Position numbers and translations under genes: made by a program. The notes under the pieces were generated by a model. The model was not told the origin of the DNA. It did no database searches and saw nothing but the letters and a program-made list of their open reading frames with translations. From positions 3,906,001-3,970,000 of the forward strand of contig CATNEN010000025.1 of NCBI GenBank assembly GCA_950097015.1: DNA of 64,000 nt, written 5' to 3'. Position 1 is the first letter of the stretch. Each line of letters opens with the position of its first letter. This stretch comes from Macrostomum hystrix (Eukaryota; Animalia; Platyhelminthes). Below are positions 1 through 15,000 of the stretch, in pieces.

Positions 1-3000
1 TTGGGTGGGAGATTAGATTCGACTCATTGGGTGGGAGATTAGACTCGAATCAATGGTGGGAGATTGGACTCGACTCATTGGGTGGGAGATTAGACTCGAC
101 TCATTGGGTGGGAGATTAGATTCGAATCAATGGTGGGAGATTAGACTCGACTCATTGGGTGGGAGATTAGACTCGACTCATTGGGTGGGAGATTAGACTC
201 GACTCATTGGTAGGAGATAAGATTCGAATCATTGGGTGGGAGATTAGACTCGAATCAATGGTGGGAGATTGGACTCGACTCATTGGGTGGGAGATTAGAC
301 TCGACTCATTGGGTGGGAGATTGGACTCGACTCATTGGGTGGGAGATTAGACTCGACTCATTGGTGGGAGATTAGACTCGACTCATTGGGTGGGAGATTA
401 GATTCGACTCATTGGGTGGGAGATTAGACTCGACTCATTGGTGGGAGATAAGATTCGACTCATTGGATGGGAGATTAGACTCGGCTCATTGGTGGGAGAT
501 AAGATTCGACTCATTGGATGGGAGATTAGACTCGACTCATTGGGTGGGAGATTAGACTCGGCTCATTGGTGGGAGATAAGATTCGACTCATTGGATGGGA
601 GATTAGACTCGACTCATTGAGTGGGAGATTAGACTCGACTCATTGGGTGGGAGATTAGACTCGACTCATTGGGTGGGAGATTAGATTCGACTCATTGGGT
701 GGGAGATTAGACTCGACTCATTGGGTGGGAGATTAGACTCGACTCATTGGGTGAGAGATTAGACTCGACTCATTGGTGGGAGATAAGATTCGACTCATTG
801 GATGGGAGATTAGACTCGACTCATTGGGTGGGAGATTAGACTCGACTCATTGGGTGGGAGATTAGACTCGAATCATTGGATGGGAGATTAGACTCGACTC
901 ATTGGGTGGGAGATTAGACTCGACTCATTGGGTGGGAGATTAGACTCGACTCATTGGGTGGGAGATTAGACTCGAATCATTGGATGGGAGATTACACTCG
1001 ACTCATTGGGTGGGAGATTAGACTCGACTCATTGGATGGGAGATTAGACTCGACTCATGGGGTGGGAGATTAGACTCGACTCATTGGGTGGGAGATTAGA
1101 CTCGACTCATTGGGTGGGAGATTAGACTCGACTCATTGGGTGGGAGATTAGACTCGACTCATTGGGTGGGAGATTAGACTCGACTCATTGGGTGGGAGAT
1201 TAGATTCGACTCATTGGATGGGAGATTAGACTCGACTCATTGGGTGGGAGATAAGATTCGACTCATTGGGTGGGGGATTAGACTCGACTCATTGGGTGGG
1301 AGATTAGACTCGACTCATTGGGTGGGAGATTAGACTCGACTGATTGGGTGAGAGATTAGACTCGACTCATTGGGTGGGAGATTAGACTCGACTCATTGGG
1401 TGGGAGATTAGACTCGACTCATTGGGTGGGAGATTAGACTCGACTCATTGGGTGGGAGATTAGATTCGACTCATTGGGTGGGAGATTAGACTCGAATCAT
1501 TGGGTGGGGGATTAGACTCGACTCATTGGGTGGGAGATTGGACTCGACTCATTGGGTGGGAGATTAGACTCGAATCAATGGTGGGAGATTGGACTCGACT
1601 CATTGGATGGGAGATTAGACTCGACTCATTGGGTGGGAGATTGGACTCGACTCATTGGATGGGAGATTAGACTCGACTCATTGGGTGGGAGATTAGACTC
1701 GACTCATTGGGTGGGAGATTAGACTCGACTCATTGGGTGCGAGATTAGATTCGAATCAATGGTGGGAGATTAGACTCGACTCATTGGGTGGGAGATTAGA
1801 TTCGACTCATTGGGTGGGAGATAGACTCGACTCATTGGGTGGGAGATTAGATTCGACTCATTGGGTGGGAGATTAGACTCGAATCAATGGTGGGAGATTG
1901 GACTCGACTCATTGGGTGGGAGATTAGACTCGACTCATTGGGTGGGAGATTAGATTCGAATCAATGGTGGGAGATTAGACTCGACTCATTGGGTGGGAGA
2001 TTAGACTCGACTCATTGGGTGGGAGATTAGACTCGACTCATTGGTAGGAGATAAGATTCGAATCATTGGGTGGGAGATTAGACTCGAATCAATGGTGGGA
2101 GATTGGACTCGACTCATTGGGTGGGAGATTAGACTCGACTCATTGGGTGGGAGATTGGACTCGACTCATTGGGTGGGAGATTAGACTCGACTCATTGGTG
2201 GGAGATTAGACTCGACTCATTGGGTGGGAGATTAGATTCGACTCATTGGGTGGGAGATTAGACTCGACTCATTGGTGGGAGATAAGATTCGACTCATTGG
2301 ATGGGAGATTAGACTCGGCTCATTGGTGGGAGATAAGATTCGACTCATTGGATGGGAGATTAGACTCGACTCATTGGGTGGGAGATTAGACTCGGCTCAT
2401 TGGTGGGAGATAAGATTCGACTCATTGGATGGGAGATTAGACTCGACTCATTGAGTGGGAGATTAGACTCGACTCATTGGGTGGGAGATTAGACTCGACT
2501 CATTGGGTGGGGGATTAGACTCGACTCATTGGTGGGAGATAAGATTCGACTCATTGGGTGGGAGATTAGACTCGACTCATTGGGTGGGAGATTAGATTCG
2601 ACTCATTGGGTGGGAGATTAGACTCGACTCATTGGGTGGGAGATTAGACTCGACTCATTGGGTGAGAGATTAGACTCGACTCATTGGTGGGAGATAAGAT
2701 TCGACTCATTGGATGGGAGATTAGACTCGACTCATTGGGTGGGAGATTAGACTCGACTCATTGGGTGGGAGATTAGACTCGAATCATTGGATGGGAGATT
2801 AGACTCGACTCATTGGGTGGGAGATTAGACTCGACTCATTGGGTGGGAGATTAGACTCGACTCATTGGGTGGGAGATTAGACTCGAATCATTGGATGGGA
2901 GATTAGACTCGACTCATTGGGTGGGAGATTAGACTCGACTCATTGGATGGGAGATTAGACTCGACTCATGGGGTGGGAGATTAGACTCGACTCATTGGGT

Positions 3001-6000
3001 GGGAGATTAGACTCGAATCATTGGATGGGAGATTAGACTCGACTCATGGGGTGGGAGATTAGACTCGACTCATTGGTGGGAGATTAGATTTGAATCATTG
3101 GTGGGAGATTAGACTCGACTCATTGGGTGGGAGATTAGACTCAACTCATTGGGTGGGAGATTAGACTCAACTCATTGGGTGGGGGGATTAGACTCGACTC
3201 ATTGGTGGGAGATAAGATTCGACTCATTGGATGGGAGATTAGACTCGACTCATTGGGTGGGAGATTAGACTCGACTCATTGGTGGGAGATTAGACTCAAC
3301 TCATTGGGTGGGAGATTAGACTCGACTCATTGAGTGGGAGATTAGACTCGACTCATTGGTGGGAGATTAGACTCAACTCATTGGGTGGGAGATTAGACTC
3401 GACTCATTGAGTGGGAGATTAGACTCGACTCATTGGGTGGGAGATTAGACTCGACTCATTGGGTGGGGGATTAGACTCGACTCATTGGTGGGAGATAAGA
3501 TTCGACTCATTGGGTGGGAGATTAGACTCGACTCATTGGGTGGGAGATTAGACTCGACTCATTGGGTGGGAGATTAGACTCGACTCATTGGGTGGGAGAT
3601 TAGACTCGACTCATTGGGTGGGAGATTAGACTCGACTCATTGGTGGGAGATAAGATTCGACTCATTGGATGGGAGATTAGACTCGACTCATTGGGTGGGA
3701 GATAAGATTCGACTCATTGGATGGGAGATAGACTCGACTCATTGGGTGGGAGATTAGAAGTCGACTCATTGGTGGGAGATTAGACTTCGACTCATTGGAT
3801 GGGAGATTAGACGTCGACTCATTGGGTGGGAGATTAGACTCGACTCATTGGGTGGGAGATTAGATTCGACTCATTGGGTGGGGGATTAGACTCGACTCAT
3901 TGGTGGGAGATAAGATTCGACTCATTGGGTGGGGAGATTAGACTCGACTCATTGGTGGGAGATAAGATTCGACTCATTGGGTGGGAGATTAGACTCGACT
4001 CATTGGGTGGGAGATTAGACTCGAATCATTGGGTGGGAGGATTAGACTCGACTCATTGGGTGGGAGATTGGACTCGACTCATTGGGTGGGAGATTAGACT
4101 CGAATCAATGGTGGAGATTGGACTCGACTCATTGGATGGGAGATTAGACTCGACTCATTGGGTGGGAGATTGGACTCGACTCATTGGATGGGAGATTAGA
4201 CTCGACTCATTGGGTGGGAGATTAGACTCGACTCATTGGGTGGGAGATTAGACTCGACTCATTGGGTGCGAGATTAGATTCGAATCAATGGTGGGAGATT
4301 AGACTCGACTCATTGGGTGGGAGATTAGATTCGACTCATTGGGTGGGAGATAGACTCGACTCATTGGGTGGGAGATTAGATTCGACTCATTGGATGGGAG
4401 ATTAGACTCGACTCATTGGGTGGGAGATTAGACTCGACTCATTGGGTGGGAGATTAGATTCGACTCATTGGGTGGGAGATTAGACTCGACTCATTGGGTG
4501 GGAGATTAGATTCGACTCATTGGGTGGGAGATTAGACTCGACTCATTGGGTGGGAGATTAGACTCGACTCATTGGGTGAGAGATTAGACTCGACTCATTG
4601 GTGGGAGATAAGATTCGACTCATTGGATGGGAGATTAGACTCGACTCATTGGGTGGGAGATTAGACTCGACTCATTGGGTGGGAGATTAGACTCGAATCA
4701 TTGGATGGGAGATTAGACTCGACTCATTGGGTGGGAGATTAGACTCGACTCATTGGGTGGGAGATTAGACTCGACTCATTGGGTGGGAGATTAGACTCGA
4801 ATCATTGGATGGGAGATTAGACTCGACTCATTGGGTGGGAGATTAGACTCGACTCATTGGATGGGAGATTAGACTCGACTCATGGGGTGGGAGATTAGAC
4901 TCGACTCATTGGGTGGGAGATTAGACTCGACTCATTGGGTGGGAGATTAGACTCGACTCATTGGGTGGGAGATTAGACTCGACTCATTGGGTGGGAGATT
5001 AGACTCGACTCATTGGGTGGGAGATTAGATTCGACTCATTGGATGGGAGATTAGACTCGACTCATTGGGTGGGAGATAAGATTCGACTCATTGGGTGGGG
5101 GATTAGACTCGACTCATTGGGTGGGAGATTAGACTCGACTCATTGGGTGGGAGATTAGACTCGACTGATTGGGTGAGAGATTAGACTCGACTCATTGGGT
5201 GGGAGATTAGACTCGACTCATTGGGTGGGAGATTAGACTCGACTCATTGGGTGGGAGATTAGACTCGACTCATTGGGTGGGAGATTAGATTCGACTCATT
5301 GGGTGGGAGATTAGACTCGAATCATTGGGTGGGGGATTAGACTCGACTCATTGGGTGGGAGATTGGACTCGACTCATTGGGTGGGAGATTAGACTCGAAT
5401 CAATGGTGGGAGATTGGACTCGACTCATTGGATGGGAGATTAGACTCGACTCATTGGGTGGGAGATTGGACTCGACTCATTGGATGGGAGATTAGACTCG
5501 ACTCATTGGGTGGGAGATTAGACTCGACTCATTGGGTGGGAGATTAGACTCGACTCATTGGGTGCGAGATTAGATTCGAATCAATGGTGGGAGATTAGAC
5601 TCGACTCATTGGGTGGGAGATTAGATTCGACTCATTGGGTGGGAGATAGACTCGACTCATTGGGTGGGAGATTAGATTCGACTCATTGGGTGGGAGATTA
5701 GACTCGAATCAATGGTGGGAGATTGGACTCGACTCATTGGGTGGGAGATTAGACTCGACTCATTGGGTGGGAGATTAGATTCGAATCAATGGTGGGAGAT
5801 TAGACTCGACTCATTGGGTGGGAGATTAGACTCGACTCATTGGGTGGGAGATTAGACTCGACTCATTGGTAGGAGATAAGATTCGAATCATTGGGTGGGA
5901 GATTAGACTCGAATCAATGGTGGGAGATTGGACTCGACTCATTGGGTGGGAGATTAGACTCGACTCATTGGGTGGGAGATTGGACTCGACTCATTGGGTG

Positions 6001-9000
6001 GGAGATTAGACTCGACTCATTGGTGGGAGATTAGACTCGACTCATTGGGTGGGAGATTAGATTCGACTCATTGGGTGGGAGATTAGACTCGACTCATTGG
6101 TGGGAGATAAGATTCGACTCATTGGATGGGAGATTAGACTCGGCTCATTGGTGGGAGATAAGATTCGACTCATTGGATGGGAGATTAGACTCGACTCATT
6201 GGGTGGGAGATTAGACTCGGCTCATTGGTGGGAGATAAGATTCGACTCATTGGATGGGAGATTAGACTCGACTCATTGAGTGGGAGATTAGACTCGACTC
6301 ATTGGGTGGGAGATTAGACTCGACTCATTGGGTGGGGGATTAGACTCGACTCATTGGTGGGAGATAAGATTCGACTCATTGGGTGGGAGATTAGACTCGA
6401 CTCATTGGGTGGGAGATTAGATTCGACTCATTGGGTGGGAGATTAGACTCGACTCATTGGGTGGGAGATTAGACTCGACTCATTGGGTGAGAGATTAGAC
6501 TCGACTCATTGGTGGGAGATAAGATTCGACTCATTGGATGGGAGATTAGACTCGACTCATTGGGTGGGAGATTAGACTCGACTCATTGGGTGGGAGATTA
6601 GACTCGAATCATTGGATGGGAGATTAGACTCGACTCATTGGGTGGGAGATTAGACTCGACTCATTGGGTGGGAGATTAGACTCGACTCATTGGGTGGGAG
6701 ATTAGACTCGAATCATTGGATGGGAGATTAGACTCGACTCATTGGGTGGGAGATTAGACTCGACTCATTGGATGGGAGATTAGACTCGACTCATGGGGTG
6801 GGAGATTAGACTCGACTCATTGGGTGGGAGATTAGACTCGAATCATTGGATGGGAGATTAGACTCGACTCATTGGGTGGGAGATAGACTCGACTCATTGG
6901 GTGGGAGATTAGATTCGACTCATTGGGTGGGAGATTAGACTCGAATCAATGGTGGGAGATTGGACTCGACTCATTGGGTGGGAGATTAGACTCGACTCAT
7001 TGGGTGGGAGATTAGATTCGAATCAATGGTGGGAGATTAGACTCGACTCATTGGGTGGGAGATTAGACTCGACTCATTGGGTGGGAGATTAGACTCGACT
7101 CATTGGTAGGAGATAAGATTCGAATCATTGGGTGGGAGATTAGACTCGAATCAATGGTGGGAGATTGGACTCGACTCATTGGGTGGGAGATTAGACTCGA
7201 CTCATTGGGTGGGAGATTGGACTCGACTCATTGGGTGGGAGATTAGACTCGACTCATTGGTGGGAGATTAGACTCGACTCATTGGGTGGGAGATTAGATT
7301 CGACTCATTGGGTGGGAGATTAGACTCGACTCATTGGTGGGAGATAAGATTCGACTCATTGGATGGGAGATTAGACTCGGCTCATTGGTGGGAGATAAGA
7401 TTCGACTCATTGGATGGGAGATTAGACTCGACTCATTGGGTGGGAGATTAGACTCGGCTCATTGGTGGGAGATAAGATTCGACTCATTGGATGGGAGATT
7501 AGACTCGACTCATTGAGTGGGAGATTAGACTCGACTCATTGGGTGGGAGATTAGACTCGACTCATTGGGTGGGAGATTAGATTCGACTCATTGGGTGGGA
7601 GATTAGACTCGACTCATTGGGTGGGAGATTAGACTCGACTCATTGGGTGAGAGATTAGACTCGACTCATTGGTGGGAGATAAGATTCGACTCATTGGATG
7701 GGAGATTAGACTCGACTCATTGGGTGGGAGATTAGACTCGACTCATTGGGTGGGAGATTAGACTCGAATCATTGGATGGGAGATTAGACTCGACTCATTG
7801 GGTGGGAGATTAGACTCGACTCATTGGGTGGGAGATTAGACTCGACTCATTGGGTGGGAGATTAGACTCGAATCATTGGATGGGAGATTACACTCGACTC
7901 ATTGGGTGGGAGATTAGACTCGACTCATTGGATGGGAGATTAGACTCGACTCATGGGGTGGGAGATTAGACTCGACTCATTGGGTGGGAGATTAGACTCG
8001 ACTCATTGGGTGGGAGATTAGACTCGACTCATTGGGTGGGAGATTAGACTCGACTCATTGGGTGGGAGATTAGACTCGACTCATTGGGTGGGAGATTAGA
8101 TTCGACTCATTGGATGGGAGATTAGACTCGACTCATTGGGTGGGAGATAAGATTCGACTCATTGGGTGGGGGATTAGACTCGACTCATTGGGTGGGAGAT
8201 TAGACTCGACTCATTGGGTGGGAGATTAGACTCGACTGATTGGGTGAGAGATTAGACTCGACTCATTGGGTGGGAGATTAGACTCGACTCATTGGGTGGG
8301 AGATTAGACTCGACTCATTGGGTGGGAGATTAGACTCGACTCATTGGGTGGGAGATTAGATTCGACTCATTGGGTGGGAGATTAGACTCGAATCATTGGG
8401 TGGGGGATTAGACTCGACTCATTGGGTGGGAGATTGGACTCGACTCATTGGGTGGGAGATTAGACTCGAATCAATGGTGGGAGATTGGACTCGACTCATT
8501 GGATGGGAGATTAGACTCGACTCATTGGGTGGGAGATTGGACTCGACTCATTGGATGGGAGATTAGACTCGACTCATTGGGTGGGAGATTAGACTCGACT
8601 CATTGGGTGGGAGATTAGACTCGACTCATTGGGTGCGAGATTAGATTCGAATCAATGGTGGGAGATTAGACTCGACTCATTGGGTGGGAGATTAGATTCG
8701 ACTCATTGGGTGGGAGATAGACTCGACTCATTGGGTGGGAGATTAGATTCGACTCATTGGGTGGGAGATTAGACTCGAATCAATGGTGGGAGATTGGACT
8801 CGACTCATTGGGTGGGAGATTAGACTCGACTCATTGGGTGGGAGATTAGATTCGAATCAATGGTGGGAGATTAGACTCGACTCATTGGGTGGGAGATTAG
8901 ACTCGACTCATTGGGTGGGAGATTAGACTCGACTCATTGGTAGGAGATAAGATTCGAATCATTGGGTGGGAGATTAGACTCGAATCAATGGTGGGAGATT

Positions 9001-12000
9001 GGACTCGACTCATTGGGTGGGAGATTAGACTCGACTCATTGGGTGGGAGATTGGACTCGACTCATTGGGTGGGAGATTAGACTCGACTCATTGGTGGGAG
9101 ATTAGACTCGACTCATTGGGTGGGAGATTAGATTCGACTCATTGGGTGGGAGATTAGACTCGACTCATTGGTGGGAGATAAGATTCGACTCATTGGATGG
9201 GAGATTAGACTCGGCTCATTGGTGGGAGATAAGATTCGACTCATTGGATGGGAGATTAGACTCGACTCATTGGGTGGGAGATTAGACTCGGCTCATTGGT
9301 GGGAGATAAGATTCGACTCATTGGATGGGAGATTAGACTCGACTCATTGAGTGGGAGATTAGACTCGACTCATTGGGTGGGAGATTAGACTCGACTCATT
9401 GGGTGGGGGATTAGACTCGACTCATTGGTGGGAGATAAGATTCGACTCATTGGGTGGGAGATTAGACTCGACTCATTGGGTGGGAGATTAGATTCGACTC
9501 ATTGGGTGGGAGATTAGACTCGACTCATTGGGTGGGAGATTAGACTCGACTCATTGGGTGAGAGATTAGACTCGACTCATTGGTGGGAGATAAGATTCGA
9601 CTCATTGGATGGGAGATTAGACTCGACTCATTGGGTGGGAGATTAGACTCGACTCATTGGGTGGGAGATTAGACTCGAATCATTGGATGGGAGATTAGAC
9701 TCGACTCATTGGGTGGGAGATTAGACTCGACTCATTGGGTGGGAGATTAGACTCGACTCATTGGGTGGGAGATTAGACTCGAATCATTGGATGGGAGATT
9801 AGACTCGACTCATTGGGTGGGAGATTAGACTCGACTCATTGGATGGGAGATTAGACTCGACTCATGGGGTGGGAGATTAGACTCGACTCATTGGGTGGGA
9901 GATTAGACTCGAATCATTGGATGGGAGATTAGACTCGACTCATGGGGTGGGAGATTAGACTCGACTCATTGGGTGGGAGATTAGACTCGACTCATTGGTG
10001 GGAGATTAGATTTGAATCATTGGTGGGAGATTAGACTCGACTCATTGGGTGGGAGATTAGACTCAACTCATTGGGTGGGAGATTAGACTCAACTCATTGG
10101 GTGGGGGGATTAGACTCGACTCATTGGTGGGAGATAAGATTCGACTCATTGGATGGGAGATTAGACTCGACTCATTGGGTGGGAGATTAGACTCGACTCA
10201 TTGGTGGGAGATTAGACTCAACTCATTGGGTGGGAGATTAGACTCGACTCATTGAGTGGGAGATTAGACTCGACTCATTGGTGGGAGATTAGACTCAACT
10301 CATTGGGTGGGAGATTAGACTCGACTCATTGAGTGGGAGATTAGACTCGACTCATTGGGTGGGAGATTAGACTCGACTCATTGGGTGGGGGATTAGACTC
10401 GACTCATTGGTGGGAGATAAGATTCGACTCATTGGGTGGGAGATTAGACTCGACTCATTGGGTGGGAGATTAGACTCGACTCATTGGGTGGGAGATTAGA
10501 CTCGACTCATTGGTGGGAGATAAGATTCGACTCATTGGATGGGAGATTAGACTCGGCTCATTGGTGGGAGATAAGATTCGACTCATTGGATGGGAGATTA
10601 GACTCGACTCATTGGGTGGGAGATTAGACTCGGCTCATTGGTGGGAGATAAGATTCGACTCATTGGATGGGAGATTAAAGTCGACTCATTGAGTGGGAGA
10701 TTAGACTCGACTCATTGGGTGGGAGATTAGACTCGACTCATTGGGTGGGGGATTAGACTCGACTCATTGGTGGGAGATAAGATTCGACTCATTGGGTGGG
10801 GGATTAGACTCGACTCATTGGTGGGAGATAAGATTCGACTCATTGGGTGGGAGATTAGACTCGACTCATTGGGTGGGAGATTAGACTCGAATCATTGGGT
10901 GGGGGATTAGACTCGACTCATTGGGTGGGAGATTGGACTCGACTCATTGGGTGGGAGATTAGACTCGAATCAATGGTGGGAGATTGGACTCGACTCATTG
11001 GATGGGAGATTAGACTCGACTCATTGGGTGGGAGATTGGACTCGACTCATTGGATGGGAGATTAGACTCGACTCATTGGGTGGGAGATTAGACTCGACTC
11101 ATTGGGTGGGAGATTAGACTCGACTCATTGGGTGCGAGATTAGATTCGAATCAATGGTGGGAGATTAGACTCGACTCATTGGGTGGGAGATTAGATTCGA
11201 CTCATTGGGTGGGAGATAGACTCGACTCATTGGGTGGGAGATTAGATTCGACTCATTGGATGGGAGATTAGACTCGACTCATTGGGTGGGAGATTAGACT
11301 CGACTCATTGGGTGGGAGATTAGACTCGAATCATTGGATGGGAGATTAGACTCGACTCATTGGGTGGGAGATTAGACTCGAATCATTGGATGGGAGATTA
11401 GACTCGGCTCATTGGTGGGAGATAAGATTCGACTCATTGGATGGGAGATTAGACTCGACTCATTGGGTGGGAGATTAGACTCGGCTCATTGGTGGGAGAT
11501 AAGATTCGACTCATTGGATGGGAGATTAGAGTCGACTCATTGAGTGGGAGATTAGATTCGAATCAATGGTGGGAGATTAGACTCGACTCATTGGGTGGGG
11601 GATTAGACTCGACTCATTGGTGGGAGATAAGATTCGACTCATTGGGTGGGAGATTAGACTCGACTCATTGGGTGGGAGATTAGACTCGAATCATTGGGTG
11701 GGGGATTAGACTCGACTCATTGGGTGGGAGATTGGACTCGACTCATTGGGTGGGAGATTAGACTCGAATCAATGGTGGGAGATTGGACTCGACTCATTGG
11801 ATGGGAGATTAGACTCGACTCATTGGGTGGGAGATTGGACTCGACTCATTGGATGGGAGATTAGACTCGACTCATTGGGTGGGAGATTAGACTCGACTCA
11901 TTGGGTGGGAGATTAGACTCGACTCATTGGGTGCGAGATTAGATTCGAATCAATGGTGGGAGATTAGACTCGACTCATTGGGTGGGAGATTAGATTCGAC

Positions 12001-15000
12001 TCATTGGGTGGGAGATAGACTCGACTCATTGGGTGGGAGATTAGATTCGACTCATTGGGTGGGAGATTAGACTCGAATCAATGGTGGGAGATTGGACTCG
12101 ACTCATTGGGTGGGAGATTAGACTCGACTCATTGGGTGGGAGATTAGATTCGAATCAATGGTGGGAGATTAGACTCGACTCATTGGGTGGGAGATTAGAC
12201 TCGACTCATTGGGTGGGGGATTAGACTCGACTCATTGGTGGGAGATAAGATTCGACTCATTGAATGGGAGATTAGACTCGACTCATTGGGTGGGAGATTA
12301 GACTCGACTCATTGGGTGGGAGATTAGACTCGACTCATTGGGTGGGAGATTAGACTCGACTCATTGGGTGGGAGATTAGACTCGACTCATTGGTGGGAGA
12401 TAAGATTCGACTCATTGGATGGGAGATTAGACTCGACTCATTGGGTGGGAGATTAGACTCGACTCATTGGGTGGGAGATTAGACTCGACTCATTGGGTGG
12501 GAGATTAGACTCGACTCATTGGGTGGGAGATTAGACTCGACTCATTGGGTGGGAGATTAGACTCGACTCATTGGGTGGGAGATTAGACTCGACTCATTGG
12601 GTGGGGGATTAGACTCGACTCATTGGGTGGGAGATTAGACTCGACTCATTGGTGGGAGATTAGATTCGACTCATTGGATGGGAGATTAGACTCGACTCAT
12701 TGGGTGGGAGATTAGACTCGACTCATTGGGTGGGGGATTAGACTCGACTCATTGGTGGGAGATAAGATTCGACTCATTGGATGGGAGATTAGACTCGACT
12801 CATTGGGTGGGAGATTAGACTCGACTCATTGGGTGGGAGATTAGACTCGAATCATTGGATGGGAGATTAGACTCGACTCATTGGGTGGGAGATTAGACTC
12901 GAATCATTGGATGGGAGATTAGACTCGACTCATGGGGTGGGAGATTAGACTCGACTCATTGGGTGGGAGATTAGACTCGAATCATTGGATGGGAGATTAG
13001 ACTCGACTCATGGGGTGGGAGATTAGACTCGACTCATTGGGTGGGAGATTAGACTCGACTCATTGGTGGGAGATTAGATTCGAATCATTGGTGGGAGATT
13101 AGACTCGACTCATTGGGTGGGAGATTAGACTCGACTCATTGGGTGGGAGATTAGACTCAACTCATTGGGTGGGGGATTAGACTCGACTCATTGGTGGGAG
13201 ATAAGATTCGACTCATTGGATGGGAGATTAGACTCGACTCATTGGGTGGGAGATTAGACTCGACTCATTGGTTGGAGATTAGACTCAACTCATTGGGTGG
13301 GAGATTAGACTCGACTCATTGAGTGGGAGATTAGACTCGACTCATTGGTGGGAGATTAGACTCAACTCATTGGGTGGGAGATTAGACTCGACTCATTGAG
13401 TGGGAGATTAGACTCGACTCATTGGGTGGGAGATTAGACTCGACTCATTGGGTGGGGGATTAGACTCGACTCATTGGTGGGAGATAAGATTCGACTCATT
13501 GGATGGGAGATTAGACTCGACTCATTGGGTGGGAGATTAGACTCGACTCATTGGGTGGGAGATTAGACTCGACTCATTGGGTGGGAGATTAGACTCGACT
13601 CATTGGGTGGGAGATTAGACTCGACTCATTGGGTGGGAGATTAGACTCGACTCATTGGGTGGGGGATTAGACTCGACTCATTGGGTGGGAGATTAGACTC
13701 GACTCATTGGTGGGAGATTAGATTCGACTCATTGGATGGGAGATTAGACTCGACTCATTGGGTGGGAGATTAGACTCGACTCATTGGGTGGGGGATTAGA
13801 CTCGACTCATTGGTGGGAGATAAGATTCGACTCATTGGATGGGAGATTAGACTCGACTCATTGGGTGGGAGATTAGACTCGACTCATTGGTGGGAGATAA
13901 GATTCGACTCATTGGGTGGGAGATTAGACTCGACTCATTGGTGGGAGATAAGATTCGACTCATTGGATGGGAGATTAGACTCGGCTCATTGGTGGGAGAT
14001 AAGATTCGACTCATTGGATGGGAGATTAGACTCGACTCATTGGGTGGGAGATTAGACTCGGCTCATTGGTGGGAGATAAGATTCGACTCATTGGATGGGA
14101 GATTAGAGTCGACTCATTGAGTGGGAGATTAGACTCGACTCATTGGGTGGGAGATTAGACTCGACTCATTGGGTGGGGGATTAGACTCGACTCATTGGTG
14201 GGAGATAAGATTCGACTCATTGGGTGGGAGATTAGACTCGACTCATTGGGTGGGAGATTAGACTCGAATCATTGGGTGGGGGATTAGACTCGACTCATTG
14301 GGTGGGAGATTGGACTCGACTCATTGGGTGGGAGATTAGACTCGAATCAATGGTGGGAGATTGGACTCGACTCATTGGATGGGAGATTAGACTCGACTCA
14401 TTGGGTGGGAGATTGGACTCGACTCATTGGATGGGAGATTAGACTCGACTCATTGGGTGGGAGATTAGACTCGACTCATTGGGTGGGAGATTAGACTCGA
14501 CTCATTGGGTGCGAGATTAGATTCGAATCAATGGTGGGAGATTAGACTCGACTCATTGGGTGGGAGATTAGACTCGAATCATTGGATGGGAGATTAGACT
14601 CGACTCATGGGGTGGGAGATTAGACTCGACTCATTGGGTGGGAGATTAGACTCGAATCATTGGATGGGAGATTAGACTCGACTCATGGGGTGGGAGATTA
14701 GACTCGACTCATTGGGTGGGAGATTAGACTCGACTCATTGGTGGGAGATTAGATTCGAATCATTGGTGGGAGATTAGACTCGACTCATTGGGTGGGAGAT
14801 TAGACTCGACTCATTGGGTGGGAGATTAGACTCAACTCATTGGGTGGGGGATTAGACTCGACTCATTGGTGGGAGATAAGATTCGACTCATTGGATGGGA
14901 GATTAGACTCGACTCATTGGGTGGGAGATTAGACTCGACTCATTGGTTGGAGATTAGACTCAACTCATTGGGTGGGAGATTAGACTCGACTCATTGAGTG